A stretch of 64,000 nucleotides of DNA from Geosiphon pyriformis uo1 (taxonomy: Eukaryota > Fungi > Glomeromycota): assembly GCA_016748015.1 (NCBI GenBank), contig JAAOMT010000439.1, positions 331,527 to 395,526 on the forward strand, in the 5' to 3' direction. Shown here in pieces: positions 1 through 13,000 of the stretch. A model generated the notes under the pieces. The model made no database searches. It was not told the origin of the DNA and saw nothing but the letters and a program-made list of their open reading frames with translations. The position numbers and the translations under genes are program-made. The stretch's first letter is position 1; each line of letters opens with the position of its first letter.

Positions 1-1940
1 CTACTACTATGTTCAATTTTATACTGTCTATTAAGATATTATACTACTTTTTTGCAGTAGAAAGCAAACTTGTCTTTAGTAATGTTTACTATTTTATTAA
101 GAGTCTGTTTGAAACCATTAGTTTTGTTGATTGAGAATTCAAATATGCAGATAATATTATGAATAAGTTTTTTTGTAACCTTTTTAATATGTATTAGATA
201 TTTAATATATGGCACCCTAATGGTTGAGTTTGGTCTAATTTTATAAGTTCTGTTTTTGTGACACTGTATTTTTATTTTATAAAGGTCTTATATTATTAAT
301 TGTTTATAGCCAAAAAAAAAATTTATACAATTCAAGTTATCTTAATGTGCTGTGTATTTGGTGTAGACTAATAAAAAACTCAGATCATATATTTTTATGC
401 ATACATAATAATAATACCAAAAAAGATTTGATTTCAGATATCATTAAAGATTGAACTAATTTGCTAAATATTTATGCTGTTAACTGTATAATAATCTTTT
501 TTTTTATGAAACTAGGTCTTCTAATTATTTATACATATTGTTAACTAAAAGTTTTATGATGAAAAATTAGGTAATTGATATAACAGAGTTGTTAAAAAAT
601 GAATTAGGTAATAAATTATTAGTTATTAATTTGGTTTGGCATTTTGCTGAAGATTATAAATCTGCTATATAATTATTAATAGCCAAATTGAAAGCACATT
701 ATAAGAAACATAACTTATTATTATGTAATAAATCTGTGATTTCTATTATGGTTGGGTTAGTTTTCATGTAATTCTATAAAATAATTTATGATTTTGGCAT
801 TAAACTAGGTATCTATATTTGTTTTAATCTACATTTTTGGTTAATTAGTATATAGTTTAGTTTCTTATATAATTTTCTTATAATAAATAATTTAGGTATA
901 TAGTATTGTTTTGATTGGTCTAAATAATTAGTTATATATAAAAAAAGCATGAGTTATACTTAATATATAATCTTGTATAATTATATGTTTTTAAGTAATA
1001 GTTGGACTGTACTTATTATATTTAATAAATAAAAAAAGAAATACAATATTATTTAAATAAAAAAACTAATTAATTATAAAAAAATTAAAATTAATATAAT
1101 ATAAAATAATACAAAATAAAATAAAATAAAATAAAATAATTAATAATAAAATAAAATAAAATAAAATAACAAATAATAATATTAATATAAAATAATAAAT
1201 TATAATTAATAATAACAAAATAATATAAAATATTAAGCTTTTAAAAGCTATTTTATAAAACAAAAAATATGTATATTTATAAGTAGTTTAAACTTAAAAA
1301 AACTATTCAATTTTAAAATTAAATTTTAAAACTTAAATTAATTAAATTTGATTATATTTTTATTTTTTATTTTTAATAAATATATTTATTAAAAAATTTA
1401 TGAATTAAATTTTATTTTTTTATTATAAAAATTTACTTATTTTTATTTTTTTAAAGCCAAATATAATAGTATAACACTTTTAATAACTTAAATTAATTTT
1501 ATTATTTATTTTTTCTTTTAAAAATTCAAATTAGTTTGAAAAAAGCCAAAAGTAGCATATATAATAATTTAATAATTTAATAAAAAAAAATATATTTTAA
1601 ATTTAATCTTATTAAAAATTATTAGCTTATTAGAAAAATATAAAAATAATATTAAATTAAAATTATTTTAAGTGTTTTTAATAAAACTTTAAAAAAGAAA
1701 AAATTTTTAATCAAAAATAAAAAAAGTATTTTAAATTAGCAAAAAATTTGTTAATTATTATTTTATTTAAAAAAAATGATTTTACAAAATATTATCAAAC
1801 AATTTTTATAACTATAAGTATTTTATTAATAAAAATACTATCAATTTTTTTTATTTTTTGCTCTAATTATAATTATAAAAATAAAATAAAAAAAGAATAT
1901 ATATTTGGTTTAATATTTTTTTTTAAAATATATATAAAAA
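1..1940. other. Extremely AT-rich, probably degenerate repeat-derived DNA
   Basis: Almost devoid of G/C. No credible ORF. Composition matches the most decayed TE relics elsewhere in the window. Confidence 0.5.
1085..1240. repeat. Low-complexity (AAAAT/AAT)n tract
   Basis: Imperfect aaaat/aataat tandem units, similar to the (AAAAT)n tracts inside the LTRs (e.g. ~29030-29070, ~59590-59630). Confidence 0.7.
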
Positions 1941-2064
1941 CTTTAAAAAAAATCTTCTCTCTTACTCCCAAAAACCCCAATGAGTTATTTTTTTGAAGAA
2001 GAAGTTTTTGTTTTTCTCTTATTAGTATTATATCAATATTTCTTTAACTAATAACCCCTTTGTC

Positions 2065-3942
2065 GTGGATTCAAAGACTGCTTTTAGTGGCAGCATGTCT
2101 AGTAAGAAGGCTTCTAAGAGCATGTTTCATGGTCCTGTCGGTGGTTCTTTTTCACAAAAAAAGAAGGCTTCTCATGGTAATGTTAAACACTCTGATGATG
2201 AAAAGAATATTTCTTTGAAGTCTGGTTCTAGTGCTAGTGTATATTCTAATGTAGAAAGCCTTTCTGGTAATGATAAGGATGTCAGTATGTCTGGTGGTTT
2301 TGATGGTTCTCTTTTGGACTTGGCTGTTAACACTCCTAAGACTAAACATATGAATACTAATGCGAATTTTGGTTCTCCTATTGGTTCTCCTGACTTTGAG
2401 ATGGATGAAGAGGTGAAGCCCCTTCCGCCCCCTCTTATGAAAAAGATTCTTTTGGATAAGATCTGAATCAATCCCAAAATCATCAAAACTCCTATAGAGG
2501 TGGCAGTTAAGAAATCTTTTGCCTTGAATATCAATCTTTCAGCTGTTGAAGGCAAATCGGCGATGGCAAAAACTCATTTAATCAGGAAGGTTTTTTTAAA
2601 GATTAATGGTTTTGGGGGGGCCACTACCCCCTCAAAATTTGAAGGAATCATCCGATCGACATTTACATCTGAGGAGAGCATGAGAAAAGCTGTGTCATTG
2701 GCCGAAGAAGAGGGAATTGTTGTAAACAATGATGTGAAGAAACAAGGGCTTCGTTCAGATCGGGCTGTGGTGATCAAAAAAATTCCCATGAATACGCCAA
2801 AAGAAATAATTGTCGCCGCAGTTTTTGAGTTTGGGCAAATTAAGTCAATTAAAATCCAGTTGGTTGGTATGTGGCAGAAGACTGTAGTGAAATTTGCCGA
2901 ATCAGGACAGGCAGAGCAATTGGCTTCAAAATGGTCCTTCTTAATTGGGAAAGACTTTGTGCATGTGACAAAGGCCATGGGAGATCGCAATATCTGGGCC
3001 TCTAGGGATCGCTTTAAGGTGCTTCTGTTTATGTTACTGGTGGGAACAACAGTACATGACCTTAGTAATCTTCTGGATAAAACTGGTGGTAGAACTTACA
3101 TCATTAATCGTTCATTGGACACTGCAATAGAGTTTGCTGTGCTGTAGTTGGCTTCAAATTTGAGAATGATTTGAATTCCACTTTTCTCACTGAGCCTGTT
3201 TTTGGTGGTGTTCGTTTTTTTTAGGCTAGGCTGAATTTGGTTCGGTGTGGAAAATGTGGGTGTCTTGGACATTCGGCTTTAGAGTACGATGCATTAGATA
3301 CATCGTCTTCTGATCTCTTGAATAATTTTAATAAAAAGCATGCTCCTGGTGTGAATTGTCTCCAGTTGGCCAAGTTATATGCAAAGAAAAATGTTCCTAT
3401 ATCCCGCCCTGCTGTTTTTGGTGGCAAATCATGGGCCCAGGTAGTTTCTTTTGCTTCCTTTTCTGGTGGCTCTTCTTCTGGTTTTGGTCTTGGTGCTGGT
3501 TTCTCTTACCATATGACCCCAGATTTGGGTGGTGGTCCTTCTTCTTCTACACTTGCCGACTCTTTTTTGAATGCTCACTTGGCATTTTTGGAACGCTCTC
3601 TCGAGTTGTTGGCTGACCAAGTGTCTAATATTTTAAGGAAATTGAGTTTTGTTGAATTGGTGCCCATGGTTCCATCTTCTGGTGGTTGGATCTGTGCCTT
3701 TGGCCCCTGGTTTGAATTTTGATATGGCTCTAGATGGTGAATTGGCATCATCTGATCACCATTCTCTAAGTATTGATATGGGTAGTGGCTTCAATTCGAG
3801 TAGTTCAAAGGTTCTAACTACCAAGGTGGGTGGTTTGAAGTCTAAAATGTTGGCTCTAGAGGCTTCAGTCGGTTCTGTTTTAGTGAGATTGGATCTCTTG
3901 TGTACTGGTTCGGGTTCCTCTTTACTGCCTTTACCCCAATGA
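2065..3942 (+). pseudogene. LINE ORF1 (RRM-like domains plus CCHC zinc knuckle), disrupted
   Basis: Fragments 2065-2466, 2500-3147, 3237-3722 and 3649-3942. RRM-like AVVIKKIPMNTPKEII...FGQIKSIKI...VVKF. Knuckle CGKCGCLGHSALEY (copy 2 has CGKCGHLSHSALEC). Colinear with copy 2 ORF1. Confidence 0.85.
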
Positions 3943-6900
3943 GCGGTCTGGTCTGGAAATTTGCTATGTGCAATATTTGGGGCATGAATGTTCCTGCAAA
4001 GCAGGATGATATAGTTCATTGGCATGTAAACTCGGAAAACATGATTTCTTTTATCACTGAAACAAAGTTGAAGTCCTTTTCTGGACCATGGATAAAGGAT
4101 AAATTTAATGGAGTGCAAATTTTTTCTTCAGGATTGGATAAAGGTTTTATGGGTGCTGGAGTTGCAATTATTATGAACATTTCTTTGGCTCGTCATGTAT
4201 CTAAGGTGGAGGAGATTCTTGGTTGGGTTGTTTCTGTTCGGCTCTTGTTTAAGGACAAGCTCTCGGTTACTGTTTTGGAGTTGTATGCTAGTGCCTCTTC
4301 TGGGATTAGGTTTGGTCAGGCTTCTAAAGTTAACTTTCTCATTGCAAAGGCTGTCAACTCCAGCAATTTTGTTATCTTGGGTGGGGACTTTAATGAGAAT
4401 GGATCTGGTAAAAGTGCTAGTTTCAAGTTTTGTTTGAGTTTGAGTTTGGTCAATTTATTTGTTGGTCATTATTTGGCTAATTCTCATACGTGGAGCAATT
4501 CAAAAGAGGTTGGGAAAACGATTGATTACATTTTTGTTGGTGGTAATTTGTCTTCTGCTGTTGCTGGTTATCAAGTTGTCTCTGTTTCAGATTTTTTTGA
4601 CACCGATCACAGGGCAGTTGTGGTTTCGGTTGGTTTGGGTGAGCTTTTGGATGTACAGTTGAATAGTTTGCGCAAGCAGACAAATAAAAATCGTTGGAAG
4701 TTTAAAATCAAGGATGCTGACTGTGCTGGATGGGCTAAGTTTAAGGATCTCTCTTCAGCAAAACTCTTGTCTTTGGGTAAGGTGTTCTCTAGTGCTAAAA
4801 TACGTGGTGATGTGAATACTATGTGGGCAGTTTTGGTGGGGGCTGTGGTAGATTCTGCTGATGTAACATTTTCGAGACATTGGTTTAGTGAATTCAAGTG
4901 TTCAAGAAACAAACATTCTTTTAGGTTTTTTGGTCTGGAATTGTTGGTGGCCAAGATTGTCAAGAAATTTTGCTTGGGTGACTTGCTGGGTACTAATCGT
5001 CTTGTGAATAAATGGTCAACTCTGGATGATGCAAAGGCTTGTGCTTTCAAGAACTTGGTTGGCTCAGGTGTTAAATCTGATGTTGTTGTTAGGCATTTGT
5101 CATTGGTTTGCAAAAATTACAGGAGGTCGAAGATGTTTGAGTCGAGATTGGCTGAAGAAGCTTCAGTTAGGAAGGCAATTGAGAAGCACATAGATAATTT
5201 CTGTTCAGATAAGAGTAGTATGATCAGGAGTGTGTTGGAAAAGCCTTTTCATAAGGTGGTGTTGGATCACTTGATAGTTGATGATGATTTGGTTTTGTTG
5301 CCTGAAGAGGTGAAGTTGAGCATGGATAAGATAATGGAGAGGTGGATGAGGAAACGCTCTGTGCAGTCAAAGCTTCCTGATCTTTGGGCTCGTCAGTACG
5401 CACCTTTGGACCATGTTCGGAATGATGCCTTTTCAGGTATTATGAGTGCAATCAGTATGGATGAGTTACTTTCTGTTGTTAGTGGTCTGCCTGATGGCAA
5501 GGCTGCTGGTTTGTCTGGTGTTCCTAATGAGTTGTGGAAACATGGTGGTGAGGTGGTTTTGGGGTGCTTGTTGGCACTGTTTAATAAGTGTTTGTCTGTT
5601 GAAGTGGTGCCTGTTTTGTGGAAGAGGGCTTGGGTGTCAATGATTCCTAAGCCTTATGACTGGAATGGAGTTCTTACGAACACTCAGCCCATTGCTTTGA
5701 TTGAAACTGCCAGGAAGATTCTTTCTAAGGTTCTGTCTGATCATATTTCAATAGCTTGTAGCAAGTTCAACGTTCTTCGAGGTGACAATTTTTTGGTGCT
5801 GAAGAGTACGTTCACACAATTTCCAGTGTTTGCTGTCAGTTCAGTGATTGAGAATACCATTGAGAAGAATAGGGAGTTATGGTTGGTCTTGTAAGATATG
5901 TGGAAAACTTATGATTTAGTTGGGTGGCATCATTTAAGGGCCAGTTTGCGGCATGTCAAGATGTGTGAGAGGTTCATAAGGTTTTTTGTTGGTATTTATG
6001 AGGATAGAGTTAATAGGGTAATGACTGACTTTGGTTTGTCTGGTGGTTATAAGGTACATGATAGGCTGGATCAAGATGAGGTCTTTTTGCCGCTTCTATG
6101 GAGAATTTTTTACAATCCACTTTTGTGTGAGGTTAAGAGGCACGAACAATTGTGTGGATACCAAATTGATACTAAGTTTGTTGCAAAGTCTGGCAGAATT
6201 GAGAGTAGTGGTGGTTTGACATCATATTTTTTGGCTGGTGCATTTGTTGATGATATGATCTGGGTTGGAAATTGTCAGGCTTCTACTCAATATGCTTTGA
6301 ACATTGCCAGTAAATTTTTTGTGATCAATGATATTTTTATCAACAGTGAGAAGACGATAGCTATTCCCATCAATTAGGATGTTAAAGTTGCTTTACTGAG
6401 CATTTGCAGTCAGCCAATTTCTATTGCCAAAAAAGGGGAAGCACATTAGTATCTAGGTATTTTTCTGTCAACCGAGAGGCTCTCCAAGCCAAGTGTTGTC
6501 AAGGCTCATGCGAATGTGCATTTCTTCATCAATGTTGTGCTTAGGAAAGCTATTACAGACAAACAGTTCTTCTATCTGGTGTCAGCTGTTTTGCAGCCTA
6601 TTGTTAACTATTGTATTCAGTTCAGTTTTGTCCCTTTTAATGTTTGTTGCAAATGAGATGTCTTGGTTAAAAAGGGTCTTAGGTCTAAGGCTTGTCTTCT
6701 CCGTGATTTTCCTGATGCTGCTTTGCATCATCCCTTATTGTATGGCCTGAAGTTTTTTGAGCAGGTGCAGTCAAAGGAGAAGGTTGCTGCTCTGATAATG
6801 TTCTCTAATGTCTTTGATATTCTTGGGCGTTTGTTTAAACATAGGTTTTTGGATCTGCAGATTCTTGGTTGGGCTTCTTTAGATCCTTTGCAGTTTCCGG

Positions 6901-8616
6901 TCAGGTTGCGTGTTAGTCCAGTGAACAATTTTTTGGCTGGGATGGTAGATTTTTTTGGAGCTTTCTTTGGTAAACAACCTCCCCACTGCATTTCGTAGTC
7001 TTGGTTATTTTCCGTTGTCCTCTATTCTTGGAAAAACTCTATATTTTGACTCGGTCAAATCTCTTAGATGCTTTGGTGTTACTTTTGGTGATTGGCTTTT
7101 TGATAAGAAAGGTGTTTTGTTGGATTGGAAAACTTTTTGTCATTGGAAGAGATTGGATCCACATGGCCTTGTGCCTAATTGGTTTTTGGTTTCTTCTGAG
7201 TTTTTGAAGAGTCAGGGTTGTTCATTTTCTGGTTCTATTAACTCTACGGAAAAGATTGGTTTGGACATTTTGGAGTCTGGAGAATTTTCTGCAGTAATAG
7301 ATGGATTGCATAACATTTGGTCAGGCTTTTTTGAAGTTTTTACAGATGAGTCTTTGAGGAATACAGGCTCTGCTGAGGTCACCTGTGGTGCTGCTGTATA
7401 CTTTCTGGTCTTGGATAAGAGCATTGGTATCGTTGTTAATGACTTTTTGTCATCTACTATGGCCGAATTGTAGGCTGTCGCTTTGGCTTTGAAATGTGTT
7501 CCTTTTTCAAGTACTGTGGTGTTACGTCTTGACAGCCAGGCTGCTATTGACACATGTGTGTCTGAGATGTCTTTGGTCATTCCTGATTTCTGTAATCAAT
7601 GCTGGCTGGAGAGACGTCATATTTTCAATTTGGTCAGAGATAAAAATCTTAGTGTAAGTTGGGTTAAGGTAAAAGGCCACTCTGAGATTCCTGGTAATGT
7701 GGAAGCTGACTTGGCTGCTGGGGCTGCCTCTGGATTTCCCTTTTCCCTTTGTACCAATGTGTGTGAACATTTTTTGGTTGTTGAGGGTGTTGTTGTTTCT
7801 AGTAATGCCCATCATTTTGTCAGGAATATTTTTCGGTCTATTTGTTCTGCTCGTTGGGAAGCTGGGCCTGGTTGTGACATGGTTTTGGATGTGATGATTG
7901 GTTGCATAGACTGAGTTATTACGGCAAAGGTGTGGCATCCTGATTCTCATATGCTCACTGGGTTTACTAGCCGGGTATCCTCAACACTTCGCACTTATAT
8001 TATGAAGGCTGTGCACAGAAGATTGCCAGTGGTGGTAAGGAAAAAGTTGTATGATAAGCGCTACCCTAGTGTATTATGTTTGTTTTGTGGTGGGGTGGAG
8101 TTCTTTGACCATGCTTTTACTTATGTTTATGAGTTTGGCATTTGTGGCGAGATTTTGTCTGAGGCTTCTGCCCATTGGTCAGCTTTGGCTGGCGGTTCCC
8201 CTGCTTCTGCCATGTTGCAAGTTTTGTCTCAATGTTTTATTAATGTTGGGTTGTACACTCTGGTTTGCAAAGGGTTTATGCTGGGGGAGTGGTATAAGAA
8301 AGCTTGCAGTATTTTTGAGGATAGGAAGGTGGCAGCTACTCAGATTGTTGATTATGTTAGGTTCATGGTTGAGTTACATCGTGCTAAAATGTGGTTGGCT
8401 AGGGCCAGCCACTGGGTGGTAATGGAGAAGACTGGTCTGGTTTGTGATGGTGGTGTTGTTTCTGGGCTCTCTTGTGGTGTGTCTTCAGTTTTGTCTAATG
8501 GTGTTGTAAGATTGCTTGGTGTGGCCAATTTTTTTACTATTAGCTTTGGTCATCAAAAGCCTTATTGTTTCTTTTCTGGTCTAGGTGGCAGTGTGCGGGT
8601 TATTATTGGTGTGTAG
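3939..8616 (+). pseudogene. LINE ORF2 (AP endonuclease - RT - RNase H - Zn finger), disrupted by stops and one frameshift
   Basis: APE motifs CNIWG, ITETK, LGGDFN, TIDYIF and TDH. RT motifs KAAGLSGV, IPKP, DQDEVFLPLLW and FVDD. RNase H motifs VFTDES, SSTMAEL, DSQAAI and WVKVKGHS..GNVEAD. C-terminal CLFC..E..DH. Confidence 0.93.
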
Positions 8617-9394
8617 TGTTGCTTTGTCTGGTCTGAGTGGCTAGTCACATGTAGAAAGTGCATGAGTCATGTTTAGTTTGAGTCTCTTAGTTTGGCTCTA
8701 TGTACTAAATAGCAATTGGGCTACACTCGTTAAATGTGTTAATAAAAAAAATAAATAAAAACTTTTAAATATTAGTATTATTATAAATATTAAAACTTAA
8801 ATTATTTAATAGCTAATTATAAACTTATTTTTTTGTTATGTTTAAGTTTTTATTTAAATTTTTTTATTATATTTTAACAAAATATAATCTAATTACCAAC
8901 TATTATATAAAATTTAAAGATTATATAATTAATTATAACTTATGTATTTTTTATATATAATTAGTTACTCTTTTAATTTTTGATATATCAAAATTTTAAT
9001 ATATTATTTATTAATTTTAGTGTTTTATGCTAAAAATTATTGTTTTTTTAAAATTACACAATTTTAATTTTTTAATGTTTTTAATGTTTTTGTTAATAAA
9101 GTATATAAGTTTAAATTAAATTTATTAAAATTAAAATTGCAAAATTTGTCTTATTTAATAGAATTTATAATTAAAAAAATTGGATTTTGGTAATTTAAAA
9201 ATAAATGTTGCTATAAATATTAAAACATATTTTACTTTAAATCAATTAGATTTTTAAGATAATAGTTAAAAATAGATGTAAAGTTTATTAAATATTTGTG
9301 GTTTTAAAAGTGACTAAGAGACGAAAAAAGCTTGATTTTGATTTATTTAATACATATATGTATATATTTAATTTTGTTTTTAATTAATTATTTA

Positions 9395-9657
9395 GGGAAT
9401 TGCTAAATCGACCCACCCGCAACACGTGATATTAATTTTAATATTTATTTATTAGTAATTCTAATAAATATTAGTTTAATTAAAATAAAAAATAACTTTT
9501 TCTTATATAAAATTGAATATAGATTTTATATTTAATTTTTTATTATAGTGTTTTATAATTAAAAAACACTTCGTTAATATGTTCCTATATATAGTTGAAT
9601 ACAAAACTATGACGTAATAATATCACGTGTTGCGGGTGGGTCGATTTAGCAATTCCC
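9395..9657. mobile_element. MITE / non-autonomous TIR DNA transposon (263 bp)
   Basis: Perfect 40-bp TIRs, GGGAATTGCTAAATCGACCCACCCGCAACACGTGATATTA, at 9395-9434 and as reverse complement at 9618-9657. 8-bp TSD ATTATTTA at 9387-9394 and 9658-9665. AT-rich non-coding interior. Confidence 0.93.
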
Positions 9658-10060
9658 ATTATTTATTTATAATTTATAATTATAAAATAAGATATCATTA
9701 GTTTTAGCTGATTATCAACACATTCGCATAAATATAGCTATAGACCTTAAACAACCTCGCTTTTCTTTGAAATACGGTAAGAACTTCGTTCTTAGTTTGA
9801 ATCTTTTGACTCTCAAATATAGTTCAACCTGTTGTTTTGACCCCTGTTTGTTTTTAATTTTTTTTTTTTAATAAAACACAATTAAAGTGGCAAATTTTTT
9901 TTTTAATGATTATGTCAAGTATTAAAGTTTATTTTGCAATAAAATAAAATAAAATAATACAAAATCTTATCAGGCTAATATCTCCATTTGTCAAGTTTTT
10001 GGATTGCCTTGAATCTTTCGTCAATTGATTTAAGAGATCTGAATTTACACACACCCAAAG

Positions 10061-13000
10061 ATGGATAATATTTCTAACGACACTATAGAAGAATTGAGCT
10101 GGCATGATTATCTTCACTTGCACCCAATTTTCTCTTATGATCCTGCTATTGAACAAAACTCCGAAGAGCGTAAGTACTGCTGAATTAGATTTTACCAGTT
10201 CAATTTGACAAACTAACTGCCACATTATTTATTTTTGGGATGGATTAAAAATCAGGGACGGCCTCAAAAGCGTCTCAAAAGCTGGGAGGAAAGCGTTCTT
10301 GTCTTGTGACCACTTCCAGAATGCTCTTTGTTGCGGTTGGAAAAGAAATTCGAGCTTTAAGTCTTTCAGATTTTTATTTTGCTTGGCAGCAAGCATATAA
10401 AGATGGAGAGTCAGACCAAGACTCTAGTCAAATAGAAAATCACGCTCGACCTGGATGGATGGAAAATGCAAAGCACATAGTACGTTTTAGTGAAAAATTT
10501 TCAATTCTGACCTCCCCATTCTAAATTTTCATCCTCTTAGACCTTGGATACCCCTGCGATTAACTTTGAGATCAATTCACTGGCTGTAAATTTTACAGAG
10601 CAAGGGAGTCTCATGGCAGTGGTTGGGGTCTATGAAATCGCCGTGGTGATATTGCCGTTAGAAATTCAGAGTATCACCAGAATGAAGATGGCAAGCAAGT
10701 AAGCATATTTTTAAAAATTTCTATGAACAACTCTACATAGATTATTCATCTTTGTCTGATCCTCTTTCCAGATCATATCTTGTTGGGCCCTTTTATCATG
10801 TTATAGGAGCGAGTTCCATATGCAAAGTTTTATGGCATCCATTAAGTTGCGATGGATCTCACCTTATGGTTTTAACAGTTGATGGGGTTCTAAGGTTTGC
10901 AAGCAATCACACCATTTACGCTGAGCTCCCTATGCGCGCAAGAATATACACCAGGAAATATTCAAACCTATACCCTTCTTACCAGAATGTACCAATTATT
11001 CGAAGATCCCAATGAACCAGAACAAGTATTCAATGTGATTAAAACTTCGAAATCACTTAATGGGTACCGATGTTCTTTAGATGATGCTCCTGAGGCTGCA
11101 TCTTTCTGTTTTGGACAAAGTTCGAATGTTTGGGGCCAATTTGCCATTTATGTTCTCATGAAAAATTCAGATATCTATTGCTTTTGCCCTGTTATACCTG
11201 ACCGAAGGTAAACTTTAAAATAGCTTGCTAATGATTTCAAATATTCACATGTAAAATTTCTGAAGTTCATTCAATACGAATCTTTAGTTCGTGTCAATTT
11301 TCTCATATTGAGAGGCTCTTTTGCTTAATTTCAAAGAAGTATGCTGGAATTTTTGGAAAAGGAAAAGGAAACTGGGCTGCTCTGGAAGCCCATTATAAGC
11401 GGCAACTTGAATGGATTTCGGAGATCATGAGATATGTTCCTGAAAATCCAAATCCTGACGCAAAAATCTTGATCACCCTAATGCCATCCACCCATGAATA
11501 CCCACAACGGCAAGGGCCATATTTATTGCAACCTTCTCCAATCGAATTATCAGCAACTGATTGCCCCGATGCTAGTGATATTTTATGCCTAGGCACGAAA
11601 AATGTGAACGTTTTCGCAATTGTTTTTGACAATGGCCGAGTAGACATATGCCTCGAAGATGATATGATGGAGGGATGTTGGAAACAACAAAATGATAGGG
11701 TAGGGTGTCATTGCATTACCTTCCTTGAACAGTCGTAATGGCTCAGTTGAATTCTTAATCATTTTATTATTTATATCTTTATTGACAGCAGTATCAACAA
11801 CTCCCATCTTTAATAGTGTATGAATGCATTGATATTGGTTTACAAAAAACTTATCGTGATATAAAAGTCAGCGATCGAAATTCATTCAGTATATACCCCA
11901 GTCTAATTGCGGACCCACATTACTCTGATACCTTTTATGTGTATCACGTAGCAGGTGCTCATGCAGTTGTCATCAGCAATTGGTTAGAAGAAATTAATGA
12001 ATTATTGGATGCCGGTCTTGCCGATGAATTGGAGGAATACAGTGAAAAATATGTCAAATCGGAAGTTTATTGTCTTATAACTAATGATCCAAGGTAAGAT
12101 TAACTTTTGCTGGATTATATTAAAAGTTTCGAGAACCACTAAATTTGAAATATTTACTTCTAACTTCCTCCCTCTCAAGTTTTGACATCGATCCTCTAAT
12201 TGGACTTTGTCTCATGAGCAATATTCAATTGGGATATTCGGTGTTCATGTTAACCTTCAGTAATCAATTTTGGAGTCACAAGCTAAATTTCAGGAAGTCT
12301 ATTACCCATTTCCAATCTCGTCCTTCTAGCAACAATTTAAATTTAGTTGGAAGATCACCAAGGTTCAACGAGATGCCTGCAATCATTAAGAAATACTTAA
12401 ACTACCAAGGATTTCCCGCACAACCTTTCATCCTCTCTTCAGAGTCAAATTTGGGGAAAGGTCATAATCCTCGTGATTTGGAATTTCATAACCAGATTAC
12501 GACTAATATTGCGCAGGAAATTCAGAATTTGATGGATGGTGTGATATATCTTGAACAAAGGTTTTTAATCATCAAAAACTGATTTTTGCATCCTGTATAT
12601 TCTAAAACTTTTTGGAATAAATCAAATTTCAACAGATGTGAAGGACATAATATGGAAATTCAAAGTCAGCTTACTGAGCTTCTAGATGTTGAGAAAAAGA
12701 TTGTTTTAATAAACGATCGCGCAAATGACACAGTACACCACCTTGAAAAAATACAAAATAAACAAAATGATCTCGAAACTAGGGCGAATATTTTAGTTCA
12801 GAAATTATGGTACTATCATACACCATCTCCCGGTGATAACGCCCAACAGGATTTTCTTGCATTAGACGAAGTAAACAAAGAGATTGAAAATACTAAATTA
12901 TTTATTCAAAAGGTAATGAGGTTATTTCCAAAGTTTTTACATTGAAAACAAATTCTACTTTTTCGAACACATTCTTTATCATATCAATTTACTTTTTAGC

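Larger units (their letters stand above)
1950..8751 (+). mobile_element. Full-length decayed non-LTR retrotransposon (LINE with RNase H), copy 1
   Basis: 5'UTR is similar to that of copy 2 (ctctcttac...gaagaagttt). Followed by ORF1, ORF2, a ~130-nt 3'UTR shared with copy 2 and an A-tail at 8744-8751. The 5' boundary is approximate and no TSD was resolved. Confidence 0.92.

Noticed and set aside
1066-1996. ORFs 1066-1263 and 1748-1996
   Set aside because: I/L/F/Y/K-only translations of low-complexity AT DNA, with no coding signal.
2152-8422. Many antisense and alternate-frame ORFs over the LINEs (also 21731-28145)
   Set aside because: Shadows of the G/T-rich LINE coding strand, with no independent motifs.
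8630-8665. Possible hammerhead ribozyme (CTGA...GAAA) in the LINE 3'UTR
   Set aside because: The core CUGANGA is absent (CTGAGTG in copy 1, CTAATGG in copy 2), and GAAA sits in a hairpin loop rather than at a junction.
9929-10225. 98-aa minus-strand ORF
   Set aside because: Antisense to NUP82 exon 1 and its leader, with no recognisable protein features.
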